Shown here piece after piece: positions 36,478-46,032 of a stretch of 64,000 nucleotides of DNA. The translations under genes were made by a program, and so were the position numbers. The stretch is from the IMG/VR virus record IMGVR_UViG_3300040801_001224, positions 248,001 to 312,000 of that record; one strand, 5' to 3'. How positions within the stretch are numbered: the stretch's first letter is position 1; the number at the start of each line of letters is the position of its first letter. Under the pieces are notes generated by a model that was given only the letters and a program-made list of their open reading frames with translations, did no database searches and was not told where the DNA came from.

Positions 36478-36800
36478 GTGATTGGACACCAGATAGTTGG
36501 GTAGTAGTCAAACTACCAGATAGTATTGCGCCAGGAGCTTTCAAAGTAATAGGCGGTTGGTCTGGTGGCTATTTATATGGTGATAGTTGGCGTGTAAACA
36601 GTGGCATCAGCAAAGTTAAGCATGAAGGTGATTACTGGCTGTTTGAAGGATTTAGCGGTTCCACATATCGTTGCCACAAAGGCGCTTGCCGGGTGACAAT
36701 GGCAATGGGTGAACCAATTGCTACCTTTGAAAAACATGGTTCAGAAATAATGGAAGACCGGGATAATTGGTTAAGCCTTAATAAAGAAATTATAGCATGA
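36474..36800 (+). CDS. hypothetical phage protein
   Basis: PDSWVVV..GGWSGGYL.GDSWR.NSGI. Confidence 0.75.
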   Translation: MSDWTPDSWVVVKLPDSIAPGAFKVIGGWSGGYLYGDSWRVNSGISKVKHEGDYWLFEGFSGSTYRCHKGACRVTMAMGEPIATFEKHGSEIMEDRDNWLSLNKEIIA

Positions 36801-36885
36801 GCAAACATGGCACAGAATTTTATAAACTTGCGACTAAGATATTAGTTGTGTTTATTGTCTGTGTCGTTATTATGGAGAGCTTGTT

Positions 36886-37086
36886 TTGAACGTAAAAGAC
36901 GCCATTAAAATACTTGAAAAGTTAGATCCAGAATCCCAGTTACGCATAAAGACAAACGAGCCATCACTTGGTAGGCTATCTTCAACAGAAGTGTGTGGGA
37001 TTGTCAATGGCATAGATTGGGATGCTGGCAAAGTTTTCTTTTATCCTGCCACACCATTGTATAAGGAGAAACCAGAATGCGAGTAA
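36886..37086 (+). CDS. hypothetical protein
   Basis: ORF track. Confidence 0.55.
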   Translation: MNVKDAIKILEKLDPESQLRIKTNEPSLGRLSSTEVCGIVNGIDWDAGKVFFYPATPLYKEKPECE

Positions 37087-37289
37087 GGAGCTCAATTGGA
37101 GAGGCTGAGAACCCCACAGTTACAAAATACAAGAAGATGTTAGAAGCGATGCATTCTGAAAATAAGTTACTGAAAGCTAAACTTGCTATTGCTGAGGATT
37201 TATGTCGTGGTGAAGGTGGCGATCTACATAAGAGATTCCGCTCACGCACTAGCAATAAACATTTCATTAAAAAACACCTTAAGGGATGA
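37077..37289 (+). CDS. hypothetical protein
   Basis: ORF track; AAGGAG. Confidence 0.6.
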   Translation: MRVRSSIGEAENPTVTKYKKMLEAMHSENKLLKAKLAIAEDLCRGEGGDLHKRFRSRTSNKHFIKKHLKG

Positions 37290-37759
37290 TTATGAGAGTA
37301 ATAGACGAGGATGCCCGAACATTAGAAGATATTTTCACAAACTACACATCAGTGCCACTGCCCAATCAGATGACGCTTGGTGACATGATTAGAAAGTGTT
37401 ACTATATTGGCGAAAAGCTAATGGAGAAAAAGTTGTCTGGTGAACCTTTCTGGGATAAGGTCAGCTTTGATTTCGGAAACTATTCTCCTTCCGGTCTATG
37501 TAGTTGGCGAGGTTCTTACGAAGAACTGTCAATTGAACATTCAAATGATAGAATCACTTTTATTGAATTTCAGAAGATGATTGAAAACGCCAAGGGGCAA
37601 TCGTTCGAAGGATGGAAGGGCGGTGAGTATACAATGGATGAAAATACTCCGGTCTGGGTCGCTGAAGCAGGAACAATGGGACATACTGTGGTACATGATA
37701 TCATTCTAACTGAAAACAATGGTGTTATCATTGAGACTCGGTTTGGAGAATACTCATAG
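37286..37759 (+). CDS. hypothetical protein
   Basis: ORF track. Confidence 0.7.
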   Translation: MIMRVIDEDARTLEDIFTNYTSVPLPNQMTLGDMIRKCYYIGEKLMEKKLSGEPFWDKVSFDFGNYSPSGLCSWRGSYEELSIEHSNDRITFIEFQKMIENAKGQSFEGWKGGEYTMDENTPVWVAEAGTMGHTVVHDIILTENNGVIIETRFGEYS

Positions 37760-37874
37760 GTTTTGCCTATAGTCGCAATAGGAACAAACAGTTAAAAAAC
37801 CCCTTTTAATAGGTTTTATTTATTATAAATATGTGTTATAATACACACATAATTTATTAAAGGAGAAACTTATT

Positions 37875-38135
37875 ATGATCAGCCATAATTTAGACTTTAA
37901 CCGAGGAACATATGTGATAGGACACTACAAGTATCCTAAATGCCCGAGCTGTGATGACGCTAAACAATTATTATTGGATAACGATATCCAATACACTTTT
38001 GTTCAAGCAGACAAGCAATTGTTTGGTAAAGTGATAGGCGCAACAAAGTCACAAACAGTTCCGCAAATCTTCATGGACGGCGAGTTCATTGGAGGGTATG
38101 AAAACTTACAAGCTAAAATAGGAGAAAAGCAATGA
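37875..38135 (+). CDS. glutaredoxin
   Basis: CPSC, TVPQIFMDGEFIGGY. Confidence 0.9.
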   Translation: MISHNLDFNRGTYVIGHYKYPKCPSCDDAKQLLLDNDIQYTFVQADKQLFGKVIGATKSQTVPQIFMDGEFIGGYENLQAKIGEKQ

Positions 38136-38644
38136 AACAAGTACCATCAGTAACATTTAAAACTCGTGTTCGTGACGAGTCAATTGGGGGTGATAACCCA
38201 TTCCGTTGGCAGGACGTAACTTCAGAAGACTACTTCGCAGGTAAGCGTTCTATTGTATTCGCACTACCAGGTGCTTATACTCCGACGTGTAGCAATTTTC
38301 AATTGCCTAACTTTGAAAAGCTATATGAAGACTTTAAGGCTAAGGGCATTGACGAGATCTACTGCCTATCAGTCAATGACGCTTTCGTCATGTATCAGTG
38401 GGGTAAACAGCAGGGTGTTGAAAACATTAAACTAATCCCGGACGGCAACGGTGAATTCACTCGCAAGATGGGCATGTTAGTAGACAAGTCTAACCTAGGC
38501 TTTGGTATGCGCTCATGGCGTTATGCTATGGTTGTTAACGATATGGAAATTGAAAAGATCTTCTGTGAAGAAGGCTTTTGTGATCTAGCGCAAGACGATC
38601 CATATGAGTTAAGCTCACCGGAAAATATCTTAGAAAACTTATAA
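38132..38644 (+). CDS. peroxiredoxin (Prx5-like)
   Basis: LPGAYTPTCS, SVNDAFVM, DGNGEFT, GMRSWRYAM. Confidence 0.95.
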   Translation: MKQVPSVTFKTRVRDESIGGDNPFRWQDVTSEDYFAGKRSIVFALPGAYTPTCSNFQLPNFEKLYEDFKAKGIDEIYCLSVNDAFVMYQWGKQQGVENIKLIPDGNGEFTRKMGMLVDKSNLGFGMRSWRYAMVVNDMEIEKIFCEEGFCDLAQDDPYELSSPENILENL

Positions 38645-38730
38645 AAAAGTGGTCTAAAAGGTTGACATAGTGGTCAACATTGTGTATAATGTATTTATAA
38701 ATTAATAAAACAGTACACGAAGGAACCACT

Positions 38731-39474
38731 ATGTCACTTAACTGGTATAACGAAGACGACAAAGACATCTTCATGTCCCTCAAGGGCCTTGTTAATAACA
38801 ACAACGGCTTCTGGAAATCTATTAAGCAACGTTCCTTCCTCATCGAAAAGAAAATGGGTGGCAAAATCCGAGAGCCACACTCATTCATCAAAGAAAACTT
38901 TGGCATGGATTATCGTGATGGTCACCGTTATGTGATTGTTGACGCCATTGCTCAATGGTCCACGTATGGTTCACGTGGTCAAGTGCCAGTGTACTGGGGT
39001 TTCGAACTTGACGACTATGGTATCACTCGTCATTATAAGATTGGCAACAAGGGTAACCTACGTCAGGGGGCTCGTCCAGATGCTGGCAAAACAAAATTGT
39101 TATGGGAACGTCCTGAAGAAGCCGTTTCAGAACTTAAAACTGAAATCGACGAAGCTGTTGAAGAGGCTCGTCTAGCAGAATTCAATCACCTAATGGGCAT
39201 TCGTTATGGTGATCACATTGGTAACATTGGTGATAAGAAATACGAGTTCGGAACAGTAACACTTGTTGCTAAAAGCCAGACAACTAACTTCCGCGGTGAA
39301 TACGTTACTTGGCAACGTTTCAAGGATTCTGACGGCAACCTTATCGACTACACAGGCAAAAGTCTGGGTCTTGAACGTGGTGACCAGGCCAACCTCATTG
39401 GTAACATCAAAGCACATTTCGAATCAAAGAAAGACGAGTGTATCACACGCATTATCTATCCTAAAGTAGCGTAA
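38731..39474 (+). CDS. hypothetical protein, possible C-terminal OB fold
   Basis: ORF track; promoter 38662-38690. Confidence 0.7.
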   Translation: MSLNWYNEDDKDIFMSLKGLVNNNNGFWKSIKQRSFLIEKKMGGKIREPHSFIKENFGMDYRDGHRYVIVDAIAQWSTYGSRGQVPVYWGFELDDYGITRHYKIGNKGNLRQGARPDAGKTKLLWERPEEAVSELKTEIDEAVEEARLAEFNHLMGIRYGDHIGNIGDKKYEFGTVTLVAKSQTTNFRGEYVTWQRFKDSDGNLIDYTGKSLGLERGDQANLIGNIKAHFESKKDECITRIIYPKVA

Positions 39475-39526
39475 CTTTCGCAGTAACATAGATAAATACA
39501 ACTATAATAACTATAGGGTATTTACT

Positions 39527-39784
39527 ATGAATGACATGAGAAAATTAATGGAAGCAGTAGAATTAGACGAAGTCTATCACAAATCTATTGGCTACGAACA
39601 AGTTGAAAATTCAATCTACAAATTAAGAAAGGCTCTACGTCCCGACAGTGTTCTGTGTAGAAAAATTTCAGAAAATGCTGATAACGTTGAAGCTGAATTT
39701 GCCGAAATGAGTCAAGCGATTGAACGAATCGCTGAGATATGGGATGAAGTAGATTATATCATTGGCATAAATGGAGAAGAGTGA
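39527..39784 (+). CDS. late acidic protein with MNDMRKLMEAVEL leader
   Basis: GATAAATA at 39491. Confidence 0.75.
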   Translation: MNDMRKLMEAVELDEVYHKSIGYEQVENSIYKLRKALRPDSVLCRKISENADNVEAEFAEMSQAIERIAEIWDEVDYIIGINGEE

Positions 39785-39785
39785 T

Positions 39786-40091
39786 ATGTCTGACATGAGA
39801 AAACTAATGGAAGCAGTTGAACTTAATGAGTTCGATATGGAAGCTTCAGAAGCCGTACATGAGCTTGAAGACATCAAGCAACAAATCGCAAATCTACTAG
39901 ACGAAGCAAAGCAGGTTCTACGCAGTGTGGGTAACGAAGGTGTTTCAGAACGTGCGAGACGTACCTGGTTAGCGCATATGACTACCGCATTATCTAATGA
40001 TCATGAATGGATGGGTAGGGATATGAACACAATGCAGGATACTATCGAAGAACTCTACCAGATGAACGATGAGTCAGGTGAGGAATACTAG
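39786..40091 (+). CDS. late acidic protein with MSDMRKLMEAVEL leader
   Basis: N-terminus near-identical to previous gene. Confidence 0.75.
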   Translation: MSDMRKLMEAVELNEFDMEASEAVHELEDIKQQIANLLDEAKQVLRSVGNEGVSERARRTWLAHMTTALSNDHEWMGRDMNTMQDTIEELYQMNDESGEEY

Positions 40092-40523
40092 ATGCGTATA
40101 TTTGAAATGACAGACTATGAGTTGGTTGAGGTAACACTAACTGAGTCAGCAGTTGTAGAAGACATCCCGGAGCCAGATGACCCGAATGCTATGGGCAAAC
40201 ATGAATTCTTCATTAAGCGTCCAAGTGGTGAGTCATCATATTACACAACAAAGGGTGACATGCCCTTCGCCAAAGCCAAAGAACTTGCCAAAAAATTATC
40301 ACAGGGTGGCGAAGTACAATACAGCTCAATGAATGCTGGCGGCTATGCTGATCCAATGGCTGATCAGTTCAGCATGAACCCACGTGATATAGAACCAGAA
40401 TTTGAGAATCCAAAACCATCTGGCATGTTAGACCGAACTGGCATAAAGACTAAGAAAGTCCCAGCATCAACTAAAGCAGGACTGTTAGATCGTTTACGTG
40501 CCGCAAAAAAGGAGATTGAATGA
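40092..40523 (+). CDS. hypothetical protein
   Basis: ORF track; GAGGA SD. Confidence 0.7.
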   Translation: MRIFEMTDYELVEVTLTESAVVEDIPEPDDPNAMGKHEFFIKRPSGESSYYTTKGDMPFAKAKELAKKLSQGGEVQYSSMNAGGYADPMADQFSMNPRDIEPEFENPKPSGMLDRTGIKTKKVPASTKAGLLDRLRAAKKEIE

Positions 40524-40756
40524 TGAGTGAACTACCAGGAAAAGATTTATCCGAAAAAGAATATAGCATTTGGAAAAAACTACAATCAAGACGATTCACA
40601 ATGGCAATGCTTGTTATCATCGTTTCATCTCTAATGCTATACAAGGGACTTATACAGCCAGAAAACTATGAAACACTAATGATATGGATTAGTGGCATCT
40701 ACATTATTGGCAAACCATTCGGTGATATGATTGGTGAAATATTAGCAAAGAAATAA
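40520..40756 (+). CDS. small two-helix membrane protein
   Basis: SRRF..hydrophobic helices, possible holin-like. Confidence 0.65.
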   Translation: MMSELPGKDLSEKEYSIWKKLQSRRFTMAMLVIIVSSLMLYKGLIQPENYETLMIWISGIYIIGKPFGDMIGEILAKK

Positions 40757-40757
40757 C

Positions 40758-42788
40758 ATGCGCCTAAACGACATCCTATTAGAACTAAACTTTAACAAGA
40801 GTGATGTTCGCCAACTAGCACTTAACAGTAAAGTTGATTGCGGCTTTGAAGCTGAGTTAGTCTGGCCTATAGACGATGGCGGCATGGATTCATCAACTAT
40901 TCAAGATATGGACTGGGATGATCTGCAAAACGCCATATATAACCAGGAAGGGCAACGGGGTGTTGATTCAGTCAGACAAGTGTATGACCAATGGGTCATG
41001 GACTATGCGTATGATGAAGTATACTCTAGTCACCTTGAATCTATAATAGAGAATAATACCGAAAGCTGGCACTGGACCGAGTTCGTAGAAGAAGACGAGG
41101 ACAAGTTCAGGGACTGGTGCGAAGATAACGATAAAGAGTTTGACGTACAGGATCAGGCAACTATCGAAGAGTGGATAGAAGATGATGTCGTAGCAAATGA
41201 TGAATGGCGTGAATGGATTCGTGAAAAGCTAGACTATGATGGCACGTTATCGGATGCCATATTTGAAATCGTAAATGAAGAATACGATATAGACTACTGG
41301 CTATCAAGAAATAATGTATATGATATTTTAAGCGATGCTGAAGTTTATGTGGACGAGTTTGATGAAGATGTTTATATAGAACAAATAGCAGAAGAAATAG
41401 GCCCTATACTAGAACGCTATAGTCAGTTTGACAGTTACGTGTATGGTGGTTACCACAGCAACACGGGCTCAACAGCTATGTGGCGTATTGAAACTGATAG
41501 CTCAATTGAATCGAACACGTATAGTGACGGTGAATTTGTCGGTGTAGAAATAATTAGTCCTGTATTTGAAACGCCTGGCGACATGTTGGAGGAAATGGAA
41601 ATGCTATTCAACAATCTGCCAGCCACAGTTGGAACAAATTCAAGCACAGGTTTACACGTTACAATGAGTATGCCACGTAAGACAGACTCTAAACCAAATA
41701 AACTAAAGATGGCCTTACTGTTGGGTGAGAAGTTTATCCTAGATATATTCAGCCGTCGTGGCAATTCATACACACTACCACATGGTGACAAAATCTTACA
41801 AAAACTACTACAAATGGATCCAGCTGAAATTAATGACTTGCGCTTTGAAAAGCTAGAAAAATTAGTTACAAGCCAAATGGAACAAGCCAAGTATAGCACT
41901 ATTAACTTCAAGAGTGAAGAGAACGAATATGGCAATCAGCTTATTGAATTCCGTGTTGCGGGCGGAACAGACTACGAAGTATACATGGATAAAATTGAAA
42001 AGACTGTGGTGCGTTATGCGACTGTTATGCGAGCTGGCTATTCGGACTTTTACAAAGAAGATTACGCAAAGGCACTCACACGTTTTGTACACAAGATATC
42101 AAAAGTTACCAAACAAGCTACTGGTGACGATCCTATCCTAAAGGCATTCGTTGCCATGGGCAGTCCAAATAATGCTAAATCTATTGACCAACAGTATAAA
42201 GATGCTAAGGCAAACGAAATGGAAGGCTTCATGACTGAAGCTGAAGAAAGGCTGTATAACATGGTACGTGTGGCCCTGGAAAATGTTGATGTGCAGAAGT
42301 TTAAAAAGGACGTTAACCCTAGTGTGTCACGTGGTGTGAAAATGGCGTTTAAGCGTTTCAACGGCCATCCAAAGAGATTTTTAGAAAGGCACCCCAGAGC
42401 TCTAAAAGAATACTATGCCCTACAACGTGTATTCAGACAGCCAGATCAGATAGAAGCTTTCGTTGATAAGCCCTGGGAAAAAGTATTCATACTAACTAAC
42501 AATGCCCTGGAAAACTTAAAGCAGGGCAAGCCTGTTGGTTATGATCAGATCCATGTGGGACACAAGTCACTCATGTATTCCTGGGATGATGCCGTTAAGT
42601 TTAGACAGCACAATTCAGAAGACAAGGTAGAAAAATCTAAAAAAGAACTCACAGATAAATTCAATGTAGACTATGATTGGGATTTAACCGGTGAACCGAA
42701 CAAATGGGTAGTCATTGACGGTGGCCGTATAGACTCGAAGTTCATGCAGGCACTATTCATGATGAAAATATTAGTACTGAGTACTTGA
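40758..42788 (+). CDS. putative amidoligase (COOH-NH2 ligase fold) with acidic insertion
   Basis: GFEAE, WRIETDSSI, EIISP, STGLHVTMS, KYSTINF, IEFRVAGG. Confidence 0.85.
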   Translation: MRLNDILLELNFNKSDVRQLALNSKVDCGFEAELVWPIDDGGMDSSTIQDMDWDDLQNAIYNQEGQRGVDSVRQVYDQWVMDYAYDEVYSSHLESIIENNTESWHWTEFVEEDEDKFRDWCEDNDKEFDVQDQATIEEWIEDDVVANDEWREWIREKLDYDGTLSDAIFEIVNEEYDIDYWLSRNNVYDILSDAEVYVDEFDEDVYIEQIAEEIGPILERYSQFDSYVYGGYHSNTGSTAMWRIETDSSIESNTYSDGEFVGVEIISPVFETPGDMLEEMEMLFNNLPATVGTNSSTGLHVTMSMPRKTDSKPNKLKMALLLGEKFILDIFSRRGNSYTLPHGDKILQKLLQMDPAEINDLRFEKLEKLVTSQMEQAKYSTINFKSEENEYGNQLIEFRVAGGTDYEVYMDKIEKTVVRYATVMRAGYSDFYKEDYAKALTRFVHKISKVTKQATGDDPILKAFVAMGSPNNAKSIDQQYKDAKANEMEGFMTEAEERLYNMVRVALENVDVQKFKKDVNPSVSRGVKMAFKRFNGHPKRFLERHPRALKEYYALQRVFRQPDQIEAFVDKPWEKVFILTNNALENLKQGKPVGYDQIHVGHKSLMYSWDDAVKFRQHNSEDKVEKSKKELTDKFNVDYDWDLTGEPNKWVVIDGGRIDSKFMQALFMMKILVLST

Positions 42789-42813
42789 CAAACCACTTCT
42801 ACTATAGTATAAT
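42785..42813 (+). promoter_or_regulatory. sigma70-type early promoter with CCAC box
   Basis: TTGACA-17-TATAAT. Confidence 0.85.
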
Positions 42814-42838
42814 ACTTCTATTAAATAAATAAACGTAT

Positions 42839-42925
42839 GCCGTCATGGAGAAATTGGTAGACTCAGGAGACTTAAAATCTCCCGCTGTTAAAGGCGTCCT
42901 GGTTCGAGTCCAGGTGGCGGCACCA
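42839..42925 (+). tRNA. tRNA-Leu(TAA), second copy
   Basis: GGAGA-CTTAAAA-TCTCC, long variable arm, ACCA. Confidence 0.95.
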
Positions 42926-42929
42926 AGAA

Positions 42930-43692
42930 TTTAACAATGCGTCACAATTAGGACCAGGTAAGACTGGCGAGGAGCCGAACCCTTAATCTAGTAATAGGCA
43001 AGGCACACAAATCATAGGAACTTGACAGGTTCCCGTTGTTAAACAATTTAGCAGGGTTACATCAGTCGACGGGTGGCCTTTCGGTGGAGGAGATTTACCT
43101 TTATGGGGAAAAACCGAACCTGCTAAAACTTATTTAAGTCCACATCCTTTAAATAGGACACGTCCGGCTGGTAGCGTTGAGAGTGGCATAAGTCTGTAAG
43201 GACAAGCCCGGTCGCTTTTTATTTTTGCTTATGTTGAGGTAGTTTAAGTGCGTAGTAACTGACTACGTATGTCGACTACAAAGTAGGTAAGGCAGGGAGG
43301 ACCGTATCCTATATGTATCCAAAGGCCACGGAATACGCTAGGACTAATCTTGCTCATCAGAGTCGAAAAGTGAGCCAGAAGTAACATAGCAGTATGTTGC
43401 GAATATAAGCAAATATTTTTTTATTGAGTAGTAGTCGTGCTATGATCCGCCGGTCTTAAAGACGTGTAGATGGGGAGTATGTTAAATGGTTCATGGTAGC
43501 CAACGAGTTGACTTAGAGTCACCAGAAGCTAACCTATTAGTGGTTTAGAAGGTTACACGCCCGCTGAACATACTATTCAATAACTTATACTACAATGGCG
43601 GTAGACCGCTGGGTTCACCAGAGCCGACTACAATGCTGGTACCGAAAGGGAAGATGCCATGATCAAATAAAATCGCCGGACTAGTTCCGGCG
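42930..43692 (+). ncRNA. array of about six stem-enclosed structured RNA cassettes
   Basis: closing stems 42930/43043, 43047/43127, 43224/43413 (12 bp), 43421/43583 (13 bp), 43595/43660; no ORF of 60 aa or more. Confidence 0.7.
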
Positions 43693-43714
43693 TCATCTTT
43701 CGATAAATATAGCT

Positions 43715-43975
43715 ATGGCTATGAGAAACAATCACTGGTTAAATAAAATAAGCATGGAGCTGATGCACAAGCTTGATGAGATCCCGTATTCAGAGGATAT
43801 GGATCAAATTAAGTCCGAGCTTATTAAAGAATATATGACTAAGGTTCCAGAATATATATTAGGCGGAGCATACGAGAATATTAAATTTCCGGAACCCGAG
43901 CCTGAACCAGAAAAACCCAAACCTTTTGATATATCCAAATTAAGTAGCAGTATCCTACGTCCAGTCAAAGATTGA
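43715..43975 (+). CDS. hypothetical protein
   Basis: ORF track; GATAAATA upstream. Confidence 0.65.
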   Translation: MAMRNNHWLNKISMELMHKLDEIPYSEDMDQIKSELIKEYMTKVPEYILGGAYENIKFPEPEPEPEKPKPFDISKLSSSILRPVKD

Positions 43976-44006
43976 CTCAACCACTTATTCATAGTATAAT
44001 GTCACT

Positions 44007-44342
44007 ATGATTTTAAAAATACACAAAGACGAAAACACTTTGCTGATAGACCAGGAAAGACGTATTCTGATTACTAAGAACGACCGTCCGCCGCCTTACA
44101 ATGGGCGTGGCTTACTTTCTTTTCATTCTAAGTCAGTTGCTAACATTATACTTGAATATAAGACGGGTGATTTGGCAAACTATTTTCAAGTACTCAAGAA
44201 CAGAGACGAATACCCGCAGTACTTAATTGATTCCATATTTAATGCTTTTGGTTTTAAATTAAAGTGTAGTGCTGGTCCAAGTGAGAAATACTTTTTTGAA
44301 TCCAAAGAAGATGAATTACTATTTAATTTAATGAAAGGTTGA
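44007..44342 (+). CDS. protein with C-terminal FxxxxDxxxFxL motif
   Basis: FFESKEDELLFNL; promoter 43972-44000. Confidence 0.65.
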   Translation: MILKIHKDENTLLIDQERRILITKNDRPPPYNGRGLLSFHSKSVANIILEYKTGDLANYFQVLKNRDEYPQYLIDSIFNAFGFKLKCSAGPSEKYFFESKEDELLFNLMKG

Positions 44343-44414
44343 CAGGACCACTTTTTTATAATATAATACATACACTAACTAAACAAACAGACATTAACAA
44401 AGAGGACAAAAACT

Positions 44415-45575
44415 ATGTCAGAACGAGAACGTTTCGTAAGACCTTCAGTAGCAAAGACACTTATATCTGTTGCTATGCGAGCCCGCCGCCCAGTTTTCCT
44501 ATGGGGACCTCCTGGTATCGGTAAGTCAGACCTAATCGAACAGATTGGTCGTTCATTCCAACGCTTCAACGAGAATGGTGATGAGATTTCTAAGCCACGT
44601 CCAATCGTTGACATGCGCTTACTCCTAATGGATCCTACAGACATCAAGGGTATTCCTTATTACAACCCTGAGTCTAAGACTATGATCTGGGCACAGCCTG
44701 GTGAACTTCCTACTGAGGAAAATGGCTTAGAGAACGCTATCTTGTTCCTGGACGAGATGAATGCGGCTCCACCAAGTGTACAGGCCGCGGCTTACCAGCT
44801 GATCCTGAACCGTCGTGTTGGTGAGTACGTTCTGCCAGAAGGCGTTGACATTGTTGCCGCTGGTAACCGTGAGTCGGATCGTGGTGTTACTTACCGTATG
44901 CCTAGCCCACTGGCTAACCGTTTTGTTCACTTAGATATGGAATCTAACTTTGAAGATTGGCAGTTATGGGCAATTGAAAACGGTGTTCATGAGGACGTTG
45001 TTGGTTTCTTGAGTAAGCATACACAGAAACTGTTTACGTTTGACGCCAAGTCACCTGACAAGGCATTTGCTACTCCACGTTCATGGGTATTCGCAAGTGA
45101 ACTGTTATTCGAAGCTATTGAAAGTGGCTTAGGTAATCAGGAGCAGACTACCCTGGTAGCCGGTACTGTTGGTGAAGGCTTAGCTATTGAGTTTAACCAA
45201 CACCGTAAGTTTGCGGCGCAACTGCCTGACCCAATCGACGTATTGGAAGGCAAGGTTAAGAACCTTAACGTTGAGGAAGTATCTGCACACTACTCACTGG
45301 TTATTAGCTTATGCTACCGTTTGAAAGAGCTGGCTGGTATTGCTGGTGAGACTGAGGAAAACCGTCCGGAGAACCGTAAGGACCTGGATATGGACAAGTG
45401 GCATGAACTGGTTGACAACTTCCTGAAGTATATGTTGGACAACCTACAGCCAGAAATGGTTATCCTGGGTGCTCGTACAGCACTGAAAGACTTCAAACTT
45501 CCGGTCAAGCACCGTAAGCTGAAGCACTTCACAACCCTGTTTAAAGAATATGGTGACATGGTCCTCGGTCACTAG
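44415..45575 (+). CDS. MoxR-like AAA+ ATPase
   Basis: WGPPGIGKS Walker A, LFLDEMNAA Walker B, VAAGNR, PLANRFVH; promoter 44339-44367. Confidence 0.93.
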   Translation: MSERERFVRPSVAKTLISVAMRARRPVFLWGPPGIGKSDLIEQIGRSFQRFNENGDEISKPRPIVDMRLLLMDPTDIKGIPYYNPESKTMIWAQPGELPTEENGLENAILFLDEMNAAPPSVQAAAYQLILNRRVGEYVLPEGVDIVAAGNRESDRGVTYRMPSPLANRFVHLDMESNFEDWQLWAIENGVHEDVVGFLSKHTQKLFTFDAKSPDKAFATPRSWVFASELLFEAIESGLGNQEQTTLVAGTVGEGLAIEFNQHRKFAAQLPDPIDVLEGKVKNLNVEEVSAHYSLVISLCYRLKELAGIAGETEENRPENRKDLDMDKWHELVDNFLKYMLDNLQPEMVILGARTALKDFKLPVKHRKLKHFTTLFKEYGDMVLGH

Positions 45576-45589
45576 TAGGGGGAGACAGA

Positions 45590-45614
45590 AAAGCCCGGGC
45601 AACCGGGCTTTTTT
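45590..45614. terminator. bidirectional intrinsic terminator
   Basis: AAAGCCCGG-gcaa-CCGGGCTTT between convergent genes. Confidence 0.9.
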
Positions 45615-45630
45615 GTGGTTATCGGAAAGA

Positions 45631-46023
45631 TTAGTCTTTATCAATCATGTACCAGGGTTCACCGGACTCATAACCTGAAACAGCTACGAACTCATAACCC
45701 TCATCTGTAAGCCAATCGTTACTAACAACTTGCTCATATCTATTATCTAATATCCAGCCTTCCACTTCTAATACAGCGTGGCCTTCACCTTCTTCTGTAT
45801 AACAAAATACTAGGCGTGAATCCAAACCGGCGTCACGTACTAATTTACGACAAGCTAGAGCAAAGTCTTCGCAGTCACCAACAATACGTGATGATCCGTC
45901 ATAATCAGCGTCTGGCATTACCCAATACTCATCCATGCCATATTGCTTCTCATCAAGCTTGTATGTAAATCTACGAAATACTTTGCGGTGTATTTTATCC
46001 AGGGTGTCCAATAAGTCGCTCAT
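45631..46023 (-). CDS. transglutaminase-like cysteine proteinase (BTLCP/LapG-like) catalytic domain
   Basis: GDCEDFAL, HAVL, ILDNR Cys-His-Asp triad. Confidence 0.88.
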   Translation of the reverse strand: MSDLLDTLDKIHRKVFRRFTYKLDEKQYGMDEYWVMPDADYDGSSRIVGDCEDFALACRKLVRDAGLDSRLVFCYTEEGEGHAVLEVEGWILDNRYEQVVSNDWLTDEGYEFVAVSGYESGEPWYMIDKD

Positions 46024-46032
46024 ATGATTCCC

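Noticed and set aside
39771-40523. readthrough fusion of ORF 39786 with 40092
   Set aside because: ORF 40092 has its own GAGGA SD and leader-like start; no evidence beyond frame adjacency.
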